Translations under genes and position numbers: made by a program
Assembly: GCA_002397465.1 (NCBI GenBank)
Contig: DHAP01000001.1
Location: 8,449-72,448 of the forward strand
Origin: Bacillales bacterium UBA4951
GTDB lineage: Bacteria > Bacillota_I > Bacilli_A > RFN20 > CAG-826
Direction of reading: 5' to 3'
DNA length: 64,000 nt
Shown here: positions 29,767-39,974 of the stretch, one piece after another
Position numbering within the stretch: the stretch's first letter is position 1
Layout of the letters: every line of letters begins with the position of its first letter
The notes under the pieces: model-generated
Told to the model about the DNA's origin: nothing
What the model saw: the letters and a program-made list of their open reading frames with translations, nothing else
The model's database searches: none

Positions 29767-29843
29767 TGGTTGCGGGGGGTGGATTTGAACCACCGGCCTC
29801 CAGGTTATGGGCCTGACGAGCTACCAGGCTGCTCTACCCCGCG
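29767..29843 (-). tRNA. tRNA-Met (CAU), probable initiator
   Basis: CGCGGGG...CCCCGCAACCA with C1xA72 mismatch (bacterial initiator hallmark); anticodon loop CCCAUAA (C33); T-loop TTCAAAT. Confidence 0.75.
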
Positions 29844-29951
29844 ATAACTTGCGGCTTGACTATATTAGTCGTTTCGTCCCCTTTAGGCAAGGGCAAGATA
29901 TTTCTCAGCATCAAAAAATAAGAAATCATGCGATATGAACTAATGTATATC

Positions 29952-32261
29952 TTATTTTTGATGCTTATGGATATAGTAGATTCGACCTCCGAAATCGCCC
30001 ATTAGGCGGATTCTTTCGTTGAGGCCGACCCCACTCCATTCCTGGCTGAGGGGGACCAATCCGCTTTCTAGGGCTGATCCAGAGACCAAGCCTTTGTCTT
30101 TTTCGCTGTCAAAAGCCTTGTACTTGGAAAGGGTGTTGATGATGAAGCCGTCCTCTTTGATATGAACGGGCGAGATCATGTTGACGAGGTGACCAAATTT
30201 CTTGAAGGAGATGACCTCGGGTCGCACTTCATAATCGTATAAAGAATCTGGCGTCAGATTGACCGCGAACAAATGATCCTCTTTCGGGGCCGGGGACTGG
30301 ATGGCGTTATAACGTCCCACCACCGCCTCATCGGCCATAGACGATTCGAAAACCATCTTTCCGTCATTTTGGAAGTCGCTCAGAAGATCGAAAGAGCCAA
30401 ACTGGAAAAGCAAGCGATGTTTCTTGTAATAGGCCGTTTGTTTTTTGATGGTCTTCAGATCCAGAGGCGTCAGATCATTGAGGTCCAGCTCGTAGCCAAG
30501 GACTCCGAAGCTGGCGACATCGAATTTGGAATCCAAGGCAGTCAATCTCAATAACTGGTTGGAGGTCTTGGCGGCCACGTGGTTGCTCATGCTCGAAAGA
30601 GGATATCCGAGAGCAGCCCCACTTTGGATGAAGAGCCTTTGGTAAGAATCGGTGTCATCGCTCATCCAACTCTGAGGGAAATAAGAAAGCATGCCTAAGT
30701 CATAACGGTTTCCGCCGCTGGCGCAGTTTTCAAAGAGGACGTTTGGGAAGTCCTTGATTAAGCGCTCAAGGACCGCGTAAAGCCCGAGGACGTAATCATG
30801 AAAGAATGATTCCGGAAGAGGAAAATCTGTGATAGTCCGATTGCAATCCCATTTGAGGAACGATATATCGGCGCTTTTGATGACATTTGAAACGGAAGAG
30901 TAGACGAAATCCTGAACTTCTTTTTTTGAAAGGTCGAGGACCATTTGGTGACGGCCGAGAGACGGTTCGTGGACATTGTCTTTGATTGCGTATTCTGGAT
31001 GGGCGCGATAAAGATCGGAATCGGGGTTGACCATCTCTGGTTCCATCCAAATGCCGAACTTAAGACCTTCTTTTTTGGCGGCTTTTGCCAAGGAAGCCAA
31101 ACCACCAGGTATTTTCTTAAGGTTGCAGCTCCAATCGCCAAGGCCATGGCTATCATCGTTTCTTTTTCCGAACCAGCCATCGTCGAGCACGAATGTCTCC
31201 GCGCCGATCTCTTTGGCTTTCTTCATCAAGGAGATCAACTTTCCCTTGGTGAAGTTGAACATCGTGGCTTCCCAGTTGTTGTAGACGATTGGGCGTGGGG
31301 CGTTGTTCCATCTCGCGGGGATGACTGAGTTGTTAACAAAAGACTGGAAATGTCTTGAAAGGCCGTTCAAACCCCCATCGCTATAGCTCATCACACACAT
31401 AGGGGTGGCAAAAGAGGCGGACTTTGAGAGGCTCTTTTTGAACAAAAGAGGCGAAATCCCTTGCTGTATCCGAACATTTTGCCAACTATCGACTTCAACG
31501 CTTTCCTCATGGTTGCCACTATAGACAAGATTGAAGCCATAGACATGCCCGTGGAAATAATCAGATCCTTGGCTCTTGAGGGCGAAGAAAGGATTATGGC
31601 GGTTGCTTGAAAGACCGGAGCTGACTGAGTTGACGTAACGGCCCACTCCAAGTTTCGTCTCTTCTTTGTTGTTCTCGTTGGCCCATCCGCCATATAAGGA
31701 GACCATCGAAAAGCCTTCATTCACCAAAACTAGTTGGAGTGACATGGCTCTTTCGACCGTCAAATCGTCATCGCCGAGATTAACTATCTCAAGGTAGCGG
31801 CCGATGACATCGCTCTCCTCATAGACGAAATAATGCAAAACGACTTTGACGGCGGCTTTTTCGTCGAGGAGATTGACCAGCAATTCTTCGCTCGCCCCAT
31901 GAGGCGTCGGGAGCCATTTTATCGGTTCTGGTTTCCGGATGGTGAAATCCTTGTATGTGAAATCGAAAACGGCCGTTTTCTTGTTTTTTAAGAGCAAAGA
32001 TGGAACGCCATAATCGCCTTTCCCAAGAGTGGAAACCTCGTTTTTCAGGTAATCGAGGCAAATGTTCTGATGTTTTTCGTCAATGGCGATCGAAGTGCCT
32101 TGGATGCAGGCGTAATCCCTGGTGAGCGAAGGGGCCTCCTCAATGGAGACAATCTTCTTGCCATAGTATTCGCAAACGAGTTTCCCGATCTCGTTGACAT
32201 GTAGCAAAAGAGAGGTCGATTTGCTCGAAAGAAGGAAGTAGCCGTCTTTGTTAGTTATCAT
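29952..32261 (-). CDS. alpha-galactosidase (GH36)
   Basis: 769 aa; AgaA/MelA-like architecture; catalytic region (KWDCNR...; FENCASGG). Confidence 0.8.
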   Translation of the reverse strand: MITNKDGYFLLSSKSTSLLLHVNEIGKLVCEYYGKKIVSIEEAPSLTRDYACIQGTSIAIDEKHQNICLDYLKNEVSTLGKGDYGVPSLLLKNKKTAVFDFTYKDFTIRKPEPIKWLPTPHGASEELLVNLLDEKAAVKVVLHYFVYEESDVIGRYLEIVNLGDDDLTVERAMSLQLVLVNEGFSMVSLYGGWANENNKEETKLGVGRYVNSVSSGLSSNRHNPFFALKSQGSDYFHGHVYGFNLVYSGNHEESVEVDSWQNVRIQQGISPLLFKKSLSKSASFATPMCVMSYSDGGLNGLSRHFQSFVNNSVIPARWNNAPRPIVYNNWEATMFNFTKGKLISLMKKAKEIGAETFVLDDGWFGKRNDDSHGLGDWSCNLKKIPGGLASLAKAAKKEGLKFGIWMEPEMVNPDSDLYRAHPEYAIKDNVHEPSLGRHQMVLDLSKKEVQDFVYSSVSNVIKSADISFLKWDCNRTITDFPLPESFFHDYVLGLYAVLERLIKDFPNVLFENCASGGNRYDLGMLSYFPQSWMSDDTDSYQRLFIQSGAALGYPLSSMSNHVAAKTSNQLLRLTALDSKFDVASFGVLGYELDLNDLTPLDLKTIKKQTAYYKKHRLLFQFGSFDLLSDFQNDGKMVFESSMADEAVVGRYNAIQSPAPKEDHLFAVNLTPDSLYDYEVRPEVISFKKFGHLVNMISPVHIKEDGFIINTLSKYKAFDSEKDKGLVSGSALESGLVPLSQEWSGVGLNERIRLMGDFGGRIYYIHKHQK

Positions 32262-32297
32262 GCTTTTTATTATATATTATTATATAATAATATCGTT

Positions 32298-34628
32298 ATG
32301 AAAAAATACCTTTGCTTCCAGTGGAAGTATATGCCAGGTTTTCTTGGCAACTATCTTAATGAGGGCCTTCCAGGCTCCGCTTCGCTTGTCGATTTGCCAC
32401 ACGCTCCCGTCGAGACTCCAGCCAACTATTTTGACGAGACTTCTTATCAAGGTTTTTTCACCTATGAGAAGAGATTCGACTTCCAAAAATCCGGAGAAAA
32501 AGTATTTCTTTGCTTTGAAGGTGTGATGCTCAAGGTCCACCCCTACCTCAACGGCGTCGACTTAGGAGAGCAAATCTCTGGCTGGGTCGAGGTCCGTTAT
32601 GACGTCAGCGAGATCATCAAGGAAAAAGACAACCACCTCCTTGTGGTCGTCGACTCCAACGAGGACCCAAAAGTCCCTCCTTTTGGGAAAGCGGTCGACT
32701 ATCTCACCTTTGCCGGCATCTATCGCCCGGTCTATTTGGAATCCGTCCCAAAGGATTTCATCGAAAGCGTACATATTTCCGCAAAGGCCTCAGGCCAGTT
32801 GAATATCAAAGCGAAGATCCATGGCGATGAAAAAGCCTGCGAGTTATCTTATGACCTCTTTTTCGGCGGGAAACTCGTGAAGAGTTTTGCCGTCGACTCG
32901 GTCCTCGTTCCTAATCCGTCCTTATGGAACGTCGAATCCCCGAACCTCTATACTTTGAGGGTTAAGCTCAAAGGGCCTTCCGGAATCGACGAAAAGACCT
33001 ATCGTTTTGGCTTCCGAGATGCCGGTTTTACCACCAAAGGTTTCTTTTTGAACGGCAAAAGGATCGAGTTGGTCGGATTGAACCGCCACCAAAACTATCC
33101 CTACGTCGGACCGGCCATGCCTGATTCGGCTCAGGTCGACGACGCGGATATTTTGAAGCTTAAACTAGGATGCAACGTCGTGAGGACTTCGCATTATCCC
33201 GATAGTGAATCCTTCCTTTCACGTTGCGACGAGCTCGGCTTGATGCTCATCGACGAGGTCCCGGGCTGGCAATACATCGGAAAAGACAAGGCTTGGAGGG
33301 ACAACTTCCAATATTTCTTAGAGAAAATGGTCGAGAAAGAAAGAAACCATCCATGTCTCATCGCCTATGGGACGAGAATCGATGAGTCTCCGGATGATGA
33401 CGAGCTCTATGAGAAAGCCGTCAATTTCATTCACCAGAACGATCCTGATAGGCAGTGCCTAGGCGTCAGAAATTTCAAAACGTCGCATTGCCTTGAGGAC
33501 ATCTACGCTTATAACGATTTCTCCTGCGCTTCTACCTCCCATGGTCTCGACGATCCCAAGACCATCAGGGGAGCCAAGAAGAAGCCGATCTTGATTAGCG
33601 AACACAACGGCCACATGTTCCCAACCAAACAGTTCGATGAGCCAGCCAAGCGTCTTGAGCAAGCCTTAAGGCATCTTCGCGTCATCGATGATTCCTACAA
33701 ATATGAATGCATCGCCGGTTCCATCGGCTGGTGTGCTTTTGATTACAACACCCACAAAGATTTCGGAAGCGGGGATCACATCTGCTACCATGGCGTGAGT
33801 GACATCTACCGCAACCCCAAGGCCGCGGCTTTCGCTTATGCTTCCCAACACTCGGCGACCCCAGTCATGTGGATTGCCAATCCGCCGACCCCCGGCGATT
33901 ATGACGAGGCCCTCTTGAAGCCGCTTTACGTCTTCACGAACTGTGACTATGTCGAAATGTATCGCAACGGTAGCTTCATCGAGGTTTTCAAACCGGATAG
34001 GAAAGACTTCCCCCACCTACCGCATCCTCCGATAGTGATCGATGATTTCATCGGCGCTCTCTTCGAAAAGGAAGGCTATTCAAAAAAAGATTCAGTCATA
34101 TTGAGGGAAGCCCTCAACCTTGTTGGTCAAAATGGTCTGGCCCACATCAAGAAGAGCCAGTTCCTCAAATACATCCCCTGCATCTTGCGTAACCACATGA
34201 ACATGGAGAAAATGCTCTCCCTTTACTACAAGTACATGTCAGGCTGGGGAGAAAAAGCCATCGTTTACAACTTCAAGGGTTATAGGGATGGCAAAAAGGT
34301 CTGTGAGAAATCATACGGTCCCTCAACCAGCTTCTCATATCGTTTTGAAACCTACAGCCAAAGTCTTTTGAATGACTCGACTTATGATGTCTCCCGTGTC
34401 AGCATCAAGCTCGTCGATGAATGGGGCAGTCAGATCCACTACGCCAACAACGTCATCTCGTTCGAGACGAAAGGCCCGATCAAAGTCATCGGGCCGACCA
34501 CCGTCGCTCTCTCAGGCGGTGACATCTCGGTTTACGTTCGTTCCTTGGCGGTCTCGCGTCCGAGCGAAGCCCGCCTCATCATCAAAACTGACAAAGGCGA
34601 CTATCCGATCGACTTCAACGTTCAATAG
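32298..34628 (+). CDS. glycoside hydrolase family 2 protein (beta-galactosidase/beta-glucuronidase-like)
   Basis: 776 aa; GH2 sugar-binding and TIM-barrel regions (VRTSHYP, NRHQNYPY, LIDEVPGW). Confidence 0.75.
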   Translation: MKKYLCFQWKYMPGFLGNYLNEGLPGSASLVDLPHAPVETPANYFDETSYQGFFTYEKRFDFQKSGEKVFLCFEGVMLKVHPYLNGVDLGEQISGWVEVRYDVSEIIKEKDNHLLVVVDSNEDPKVPPFGKAVDYLTFAGIYRPVYLESVPKDFIESVHISAKASGQLNIKAKIHGDEKACELSYDLFFGGKLVKSFAVDSVLVPNPSLWNVESPNLYTLRVKLKGPSGIDEKTYRFGFRDAGFTTKGFFLNGKRIELVGLNRHQNYPYVGPAMPDSAQVDDADILKLKLGCNVVRTSHYPDSESFLSRCDELGLMLIDEVPGWQYIGKDKAWRDNFQYFLEKMVEKERNHPCLIAYGTRIDESPDDDELYEKAVNFIHQNDPDRQCLGVRNFKTSHCLEDIYAYNDFSCASTSHGLDDPKTIRGAKKKPILISEHNGHMFPTKQFDEPAKRLEQALRHLRVIDDSYKYECIAGSIGWCAFDYNTHKDFGSGDHICYHGVSDIYRNPKAAAFAYASQHSATPVMWIANPPTPGDYDEALLKPLYVFTNCDYVEMYRNGSFIEVFKPDRKDFPHLPHPPIVIDDFIGALFEKEGYSKKDSVILREALNLVGQNGLAHIKKSQFLKYIPCILRNHMNMEKMLSLYYKYMSGWGEKAIVYNFKGYRDGKKVCEKSYGPSTSFSYRFETYSQSLLNDSTYDVSRVSIKLVDEWGSQIHYANNVISFETKGPIKVIGPTTVALSGGDISVYVRSLAVSRPSEARLIIKTDKGDYPIDFNVQ

Positions 34629-34688
34629 ACAATCGACATTAAAAAGGAGGCGGCCAACCGCCTCCTTTTGATGTTATAGCCGAATCGA

Positions 34689-36356
34689 TTAGGCTTGGAC
34701 GCCGCCGTTGGTCTTTGAAGCTTCGGCGATGTCTTTTTGATGACGGACTTCGAGTTCTTTGTAGATGGCTGTGTATTCATCGTCGCTAAGCCCGTATTTG
34801 AAGCGGATGAGGTAATAGCCGACCGCAAAGCAGACGACGATGATGCCAATCGTGATGTAACCGACGGTCGCAAGCTGCCAGCTTTCGATTCCCGAAAGGA
34901 TGTTGTTGATGGCCGTTAGATAAGAAGTCTGAGCCGACTCACCTGTTCCGTAATAGCCGGAGTTATATAAGGATTCTTGAGTCGAGATGCCGACAACGGC
35001 AGTCGTATAGAGCCCAGAGATCATGAACGTCACATTCATGATGCCCTTTTGGAAAGCGCTGGAGAACTTGGCGTCGAGAGGCCTCCATGAGAAGGCGACC
35101 GACTCTTTTCTCTCACCGTATTTCCATTCATTGTACTCGATGGAGTTCTGGAACATGACAAGAAGGACCAAATAGAAGATGCCTTGGGCCCCGAAGAAGA
35201 AGAAAGCCGGAATGATAAGGGTCCAAAGCGATCCGCCGAAGAACCATCCGAATGATCCGACGGTATCAACTAGCGAAGGATCGTTATAGGCAAGAGGGTG
35301 CTCTCCGAAAATCGGGAAGGCGATGCATAAGAAGACGAGATAGCAAACGATGATGACAACCGTCGTCGCCGTGAGAATCGTCCTTTTCTTAAAGTGTTTG
35401 ATCAGAAGCGGATAAAGGCTCTGGGCGATTAAGGTCGCAACGACATAAATGACCGAGAGAATGGTCGCGATGAAGCCACCTTTGCTGCCGCCATAACCAT
35501 AGGCGAAATAGAAATAATTGACGCCAATGGTCGTGATAAGACCGCCAGCCATGTAATACAGAAGCATGGTTATGACAGAGATTCTCAAAGGCTTGTTGCG
35601 AAGAATCTTGAAGAGATCCCTGAATTTGGTTTTGGAAGAAATCTCGTCTTGCTTAGGATCGCGTGCGTGTTCCTTGCATAAGAAGAAGACCAAAGCTTGA
35701 GAAATGAGGAACAAAGCAGAGATGATCAAGGCTGTGCCGCCATAGAACTGAGCTGTTGAAACAGGCAGTAATCCAGGAAGCAAGAAACAGACGATGTTCA
35801 TGGCGAAGCCGCCGATTGTCGTGGCAATGGTCACCAAGGTTGTTATCGTGCTTCTTTCTTTTTCATCGCTCGTGAGCGAAGGAAGCATCGACCAGTAGCC
35901 GATGTCGTTCATCGTGAAGCAGAAATCCCATAAGAAATAGAAGAAGATCATCATGCCAGTGTAGAGCCAGCCATCTCCGCCAGGCTGCACCGCATTAAAC
36001 ATCAAAGAGACGACGATGGCGTTTCCGATGGCGCCGATCAGGATCCATGGCCTGAATTTGCCGGTCTTGAAATGGACCTTCTCGACGATGATGCCCATGA
36101 TCGGGTCGTTGAGGCCGTCCCAGATCAAGGCGATCACCAACGCAATGGTGATGACGCTAATTTGGCTCTGATAAGTCGCCGGGTCGCTCGAGAGAACGCC
36201 GGCGTACATCGTATACTGGAGCAAGAAGGTACCGACAAGCGCGTAACAAGCATCACGGAAGATGCCCGAAAACGGATAGTACCACTTGGTGAACTTAGGA
36301 ATCTTGTCGCCGGAATAAGTTCCCGCCGTTAAACCCCTATGTTGCTTTTCTGCCAT
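34689..36356 (-). CDS. GPH-family glycoside:cation symporter (MFS_2)
   Basis: 555 aa, 12 TM; GPH signature region LNDPIMGIIVEK...GKFRPW. Confidence 0.75.
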   Translation of the reverse strand: MAEKQHRGLTAGTYSGDKIPKFTKWYYPFSGIFRDACYALVGTFLLQYTMYAGVLSSDPATYQSQISVITIALVIALIWDGLNDPIMGIIVEKVHFKTGKFRPWILIGAIGNAIVVSLMFNAVQPGGDGWLYTGMMIFFYFLWDFCFTMNDIGYWSMLPSLTSDEKERSTITTLVTIATTIGGFAMNIVCFLLPGLLPVSTAQFYGGTALIISALFLISQALVFFLCKEHARDPKQDEISSKTKFRDLFKILRNKPLRISVITMLLYYMAGGLITTIGVNYFYFAYGYGGSKGGFIATILSVIYVVATLIAQSLYPLLIKHFKKRTILTATTVVIIVCYLVFLCIAFPIFGEHPLAYNDPSLVDTVGSFGWFFGGSLWTLIIPAFFFFGAQGIFYLVLLVMFQNSIEYNEWKYGERKESVAFSWRPLDAKFSSAFQKGIMNVTFMISGLYTTAVVGISTQESLYNSGYYGTGESAQTSYLTAINNILSGIESWQLATVGYITIGIIVVCFAVGYYLIRFKYGLSDDEYTAIYKELEVRHQKDIAEASKTNGGVQA

Positions 36357-36463
36357 AGAATTATCTCCTTTTGTTTAAAAATTCATAAATTAGTCTAGTC
36401 GACATGCCGATGAATGTAAACGCTTTCTTAATCGGAGGAAACCGATTTAGTAATCGGGTTTCC

Positions 36464-37042
36464 TTATGATTTCAGGTAATAGAAAAGTCCGTCATGTAAT
36501 AGATTTTCCATGACTAATCGGTTCTTTGGAGTGTCGGTAATTTTGCCATCAATCAGGAGCTCTGAAAAAGAGAAGAGTTCCCGGATAAAATGATTCCAAT
36601 ATTCAAAGATATGCTCCTGATCTTTTATCGTGGCAATGTTCAGCTGTTTCAAAAGGTCAACGCATTTGCTCTTAAAACGGTTAAAGGAACCATCATCTTC
36701 GTCAAAGCGTGGGAACGAGCGCGAATAATTGACTGCAAAGCCGCAAATCGAAGGATGAGTTAACAAAAAGTCGACCATTCCGTTGAACAAGAGGTGGAAA
36801 TTGTCCGGATAGGCGCGCTTTAGGCGAATAAACTCGGCCCTAAAAGGAGCGTCTGACCATCTGCCGGTTTGGACTATGAGATTCCTTTTTGTATGAAAAT
36901 GCTCATAAATAGAGCCTTCGCTTACGCCGGCGATTGAGGCAATCTCTTTTGTCGAAAGGTGATTCGCGGTGTTACGGGAACCAACAATAACTGTGGCTTC
37001 TATGATCCTTTCTTCGATGTTCTCTAATGCTGGACGTGCCAT
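36464..37042 (-). CDS. TetR/AcrR family transcriptional regulator
   Basis: 192 aa; N-terminal TetR HTH (LSTKEIASIAGVSEGSIYEHF). Confidence 0.75.
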   Translation of the reverse strand: MARPALENIEERIIEATVIVGSRNTANHLSTKEIASIAGVSEGSIYEHFHTKRNLIVQTGRWSDAPFRAEFIRLKRAYPDNFHLLFNGMVDFLLTHPSICGFAVNYSRSFPRFDEDDGSFNRFKSKCVDLLKQLNIATIKDQEHIFEYWNHFIRELFSFSELLIDGKITDTPKNRLVMENLLHDGLFYYLKS

Positions 37043-37043
37043 A

Positions 37044-37613
37044 TCAGTCTCCTAAATGGCCCCTAAATGCCAATTTCGCGCAAAAACGACGATATTCGTT
37101 GCTGTCTTTGTACGAGCCGTTTAAAACAAGCTCGGCATCAATCAGCACGTTTCTTGCGAATGTTGAGTAAGCGAGAAAGCAGGCATCATCGTCGCCGAAT
37201 GAAAACATCGTGAAAAGCTTCGCCTTCTTTATCGCGTCCTTTTTGAAAGCCTCGTAATTGGGCCCAGGCTTCCCGACCTTGGTGTTCCCTTCCCCATAAT
37301 TCAAAAGGAAGAGGGTCTGTTCTTTATGCTTTATGAGATAAGAGAGCAAAGATGAATATATTTCCAGAGGATCATTGACGTTTTTGGAAAGCCGCAAGCA
37401 TTCAGCGTTGCAAAGACCAGAGGCTCGGAGGCAGGCAAAATGAATAAGGTTTATCTTGCTTCCGAAGCGAGAAAAAATCAAATATTCCGAAACACCGGCT
37501 TTTTTGGCGATGTCTTTCGTCGAAAAGTTGACGTTTGCAGGACTGCTTCCACCAATTTTAATAGTGGCGTCGATAATTTTTTCTTCAGCATCAGGGTCGG
37601 CGATTCTACCCAT
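37044..37613 (-). CDS. TetR/AcrR family transcriptional regulator (tandem paralog)
   Basis: 189 aa; TetR HTH (FSTKDIAKKAGVSEYLIFSRF). Confidence 0.7.
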   Translation of the reverse strand: MGRIADPDAEEKIIDATIKIGGSSPANVNFSTKDIAKKAGVSEYLIFSRFGSKINLIHFACLRASGLCNAECLRLSKNVNDPLEIYSSLLSYLIKHKEQTLFLLNYGEGNTKVGKPGPNYEAFKKDAIKKAKLFTMFSFGDDDACFLAYSTFARNVLIDAELVLNGSYKDSNEYRRFCAKLAFRGHLGD

Positions 37614-37682
37614 TGTTTCAAGCTTCCTTAGTCTTTGTTGTTATATTTTACCATTAGATAATTGACTAAATCAATTACCACT

Positions 37683-38720
37683 TCACCAGCGGTTAAACAC
37701 TTTCTCGGCAAAGCCGGGGAGGTTGACGATTTCAAAGGTTTTTGCCCCATTATTTATCCTAATCAGGCCCTTAAAAGTCCCGAAAACTTGGTTTTGAATG
37801 CTCTTGATGAGCAAAACGTTGGCTCCTCCTGCCCTAATGATCTTCGGTGTGAAAACAAGATCAATGTCACCGTTGGTTGACTGTAAAGCCCATGGTTTCA
37901 TAAGCTCATCATGTCCTCTGGAATCGAGCGGTATATCAAATTTGACATCGTCTAATTTATAGACGTTATCATCGACAAACAGCATGTTTTCACTAGCGGC
38001 ACTCGTGTTGCCGAATCCATAGCCGAGGTTCCAGCCAATCGTGTGCTTTCCATCGAAAGAATTTAATGAGGACCAATACCAAGTGTTCTGATAAGTCCAA
38101 ACGCCCCTGCCCCAATCAAGCACACCATAACTATCCCTATTCAAGTCGATGAACTCATCGCCTAATTTGGCATAACCGCTCGAACGAAGGTTGTTGATCT
38201 TCTGGTTGTAATAGAAATGCCCCTTCTTTTCGAATGGGGTGGCTATCACCATGGAATTGCCGCCTGTCGTTTCTTCCAGCACCACGTCAACCCTGAGGTC
38301 TTCTTTGTTTTTTCCGAATTCCCGCCAATAGCATTTAAGATGGCGTTTCCCATCCTCATGGATGAAATTCATTTCCACTTTTTTGTCTTTGTAAACCGTG
38401 TCGCCTTCTTTTGATGATAATGGCAGATTTCTTTTCCCCAGGCTGAAGGCATGCATTTCGCTTTTTTCGATGTAACCTGGCTTGTCAAAGTCAAGAATGG
38501 TCAATGAGCACAAATCCATGTATCCATTGTCGTCAATCGTCATAGCCAAGCCGCGGTGGGCGTTACCGACGTAATAATAGTCCCACTCCTTTATTCGGAG
38601 CTTAGACGCCTTGATTTTGTCTCTGTTATAGGTTTTGACGAGTGAGAAAGCGTATCCCGCCTCATTTAGATTCCCATCGTCATTCAACAAAAGACCTTCA
38701 CCGAGCTTGTGCTGTTCCAT
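37683..38720 (-). CDS. hypothetical protein, DUF2804-like
   Basis: 345 aa soluble protein; no catalytic motif recognised; family assignment from memory only. Confidence 0.4.
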   Translation of the reverse strand: MEQHKLGEGLLLNDDGNLNEAGYAFSLVKTYNRDKIKASKLRIKEWDYYYVGNAHRGLAMTIDDNGYMDLCSLTILDFDKPGYIEKSEMHAFSLGKRNLPLSSKEGDTVYKDKKVEMNFIHEDGKRHLKCYWREFGKNKEDLRVDVVLEETTGGNSMVIATPFEKKGHFYYNQKINNLRSSGYAKLGDEFIDLNRDSYGVLDWGRGVWTYQNTWYWSSLNSFDGKHTIGWNLGYGFGNTSAASENMLFVDDNVYKLDDVKFDIPLDSRGHDELMKPWALQSTNGDIDLVFTPKIIRAGGANVLLIKSIQNQVFGTFKGLIRINNGAKTFEIVNLPGFAEKVFNRW

Positions 38721-38946
38721 ATGTAACCTCTTTGCTTATCATAAAACAAAGCGAACGACATGCTAAGGTAAATCGACTTAAGAGTGTTTTTATGGCTCAA
38801 AAACTCCATTATCAATAATCTAATTTCGTTAATGGTCGGCGATTCGATTTTTATAGTTGGTCTAATCATGCCATACATGAGGAGGGAGGCGGCAAATGTA
38901 ACAAAAACCAACCAACAACTTTTGTAATTATTGATATATTAAAGAC

Positions 38947-39936
38947 ATGGAGCATTTCTTCATAACCGGAGCGACCGGCCTCTTAGGCCAGACGCTTATC
39001 GGAGAACTTAAAAAAGTCGGCGAGGAAAACATCACCGCTTTCGTTTTGCCTAACGACCCGCTCCGCGACGAACTCCCGGCTTACGTCAAAGTCCTCGAGG
39101 GGAATATTTGTGATCCATCATCTCTGGATTCTGCCATAAAAGAAAACGACATCGTCATCCATTTGGCCGCCATGGTCTCCATCAGGAAATCAGACAACGA
39201 AAAGATGGAAAAAATCAATTATCATGGCAGCGTAAACGTCATCAACGCCGCGATTGCCAACAAAGCCAAAAAACTAGTCTACGTCTCTTCAAGCCACGTC
39301 ATAGGCTACAAAGATGGCGCTCCGATCAAGGAAAGCGACTTTGGCATGAAAACCGAGAACATCGGGGCTTACGAAACGAGCAAAAAGAAAGCGACCGAGT
39401 ATGTCTTTATGAAAGCGAGCGAAGGCTTGAATGCCTCCGTCGTCTTCCCTTCAGGCATCGTTAGCGACAACGACAAAGCCATGGGCGAGATCTCAACCCT
39501 CCTTTATAAACTCTCAACGGGAAAATTGACTTATTATCCACGCGGCGGCTACGCTTTCGTGGATGTCCATGACGTTGCAAGAGGCATCATCGCCGCCAGC
39601 AAAGTTGGAAAAAAAGGCGAAGGATATCTGCTTTCGGGCGGCTATCTAAGCCTTGACGAAATCGATTCGATCGTCCGCGAAAGATATCCAAACCTCAAAA
39701 AAGGCAGGGTCATCCCCTTCTTCTTCGCTTATCTTGGGCTGCCTTTCATCATGATCCATGAGAAAATCAGCCACCATAAGCCTCTTTACACCTACACCTC
39801 GTTGAAGACGATCAGGACCCACGCCTTATTCGACACAAGCAAGGCTCAGAAAGAACTAGGCATAACTTTCACCCCTTTGAAGACCAGCATCAACAACGCC
39901 CTCAGCTACATCGAAAAGACGGCTCCTAAGAAGTAA
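38947..39936 (+). CDS. NAD-dependent epimerase/dehydratase family protein (extended SDR)
   Basis: 329 aa; FITGATGLLG Rossmann; YETSK (YxxxK). Confidence 0.75.
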   Translation: MEHFFITGATGLLGQTLIGELKKVGEENITAFVLPNDPLRDELPAYVKVLEGNICDPSSLDSAIKENDIVIHLAAMVSIRKSDNEKMEKINYHGSVNVINAAIANKAKKLVYVSSSHVIGYKDGAPIKESDFGMKTENIGAYETSKKKATEYVFMKASEGLNASVVFPSGIVSDNDKAMGEISTLLYKLSTGKLTYYPRGGYAFVDVHDVARGIIAASKVGKKGEGYLLSGGYLSLDEIDSIVRERYPNLKKGRVIPFFFAYLGLPFIMIHEKISHHKPLYTYTSLKTIRTHALFDTSKAQKELGITFTPLKTSINNALSYIEKTAPKK

Positions 39937-39974
39937 CAGTCTCTTTTAGCCATAATGGTGTTATCATTTCTTTA

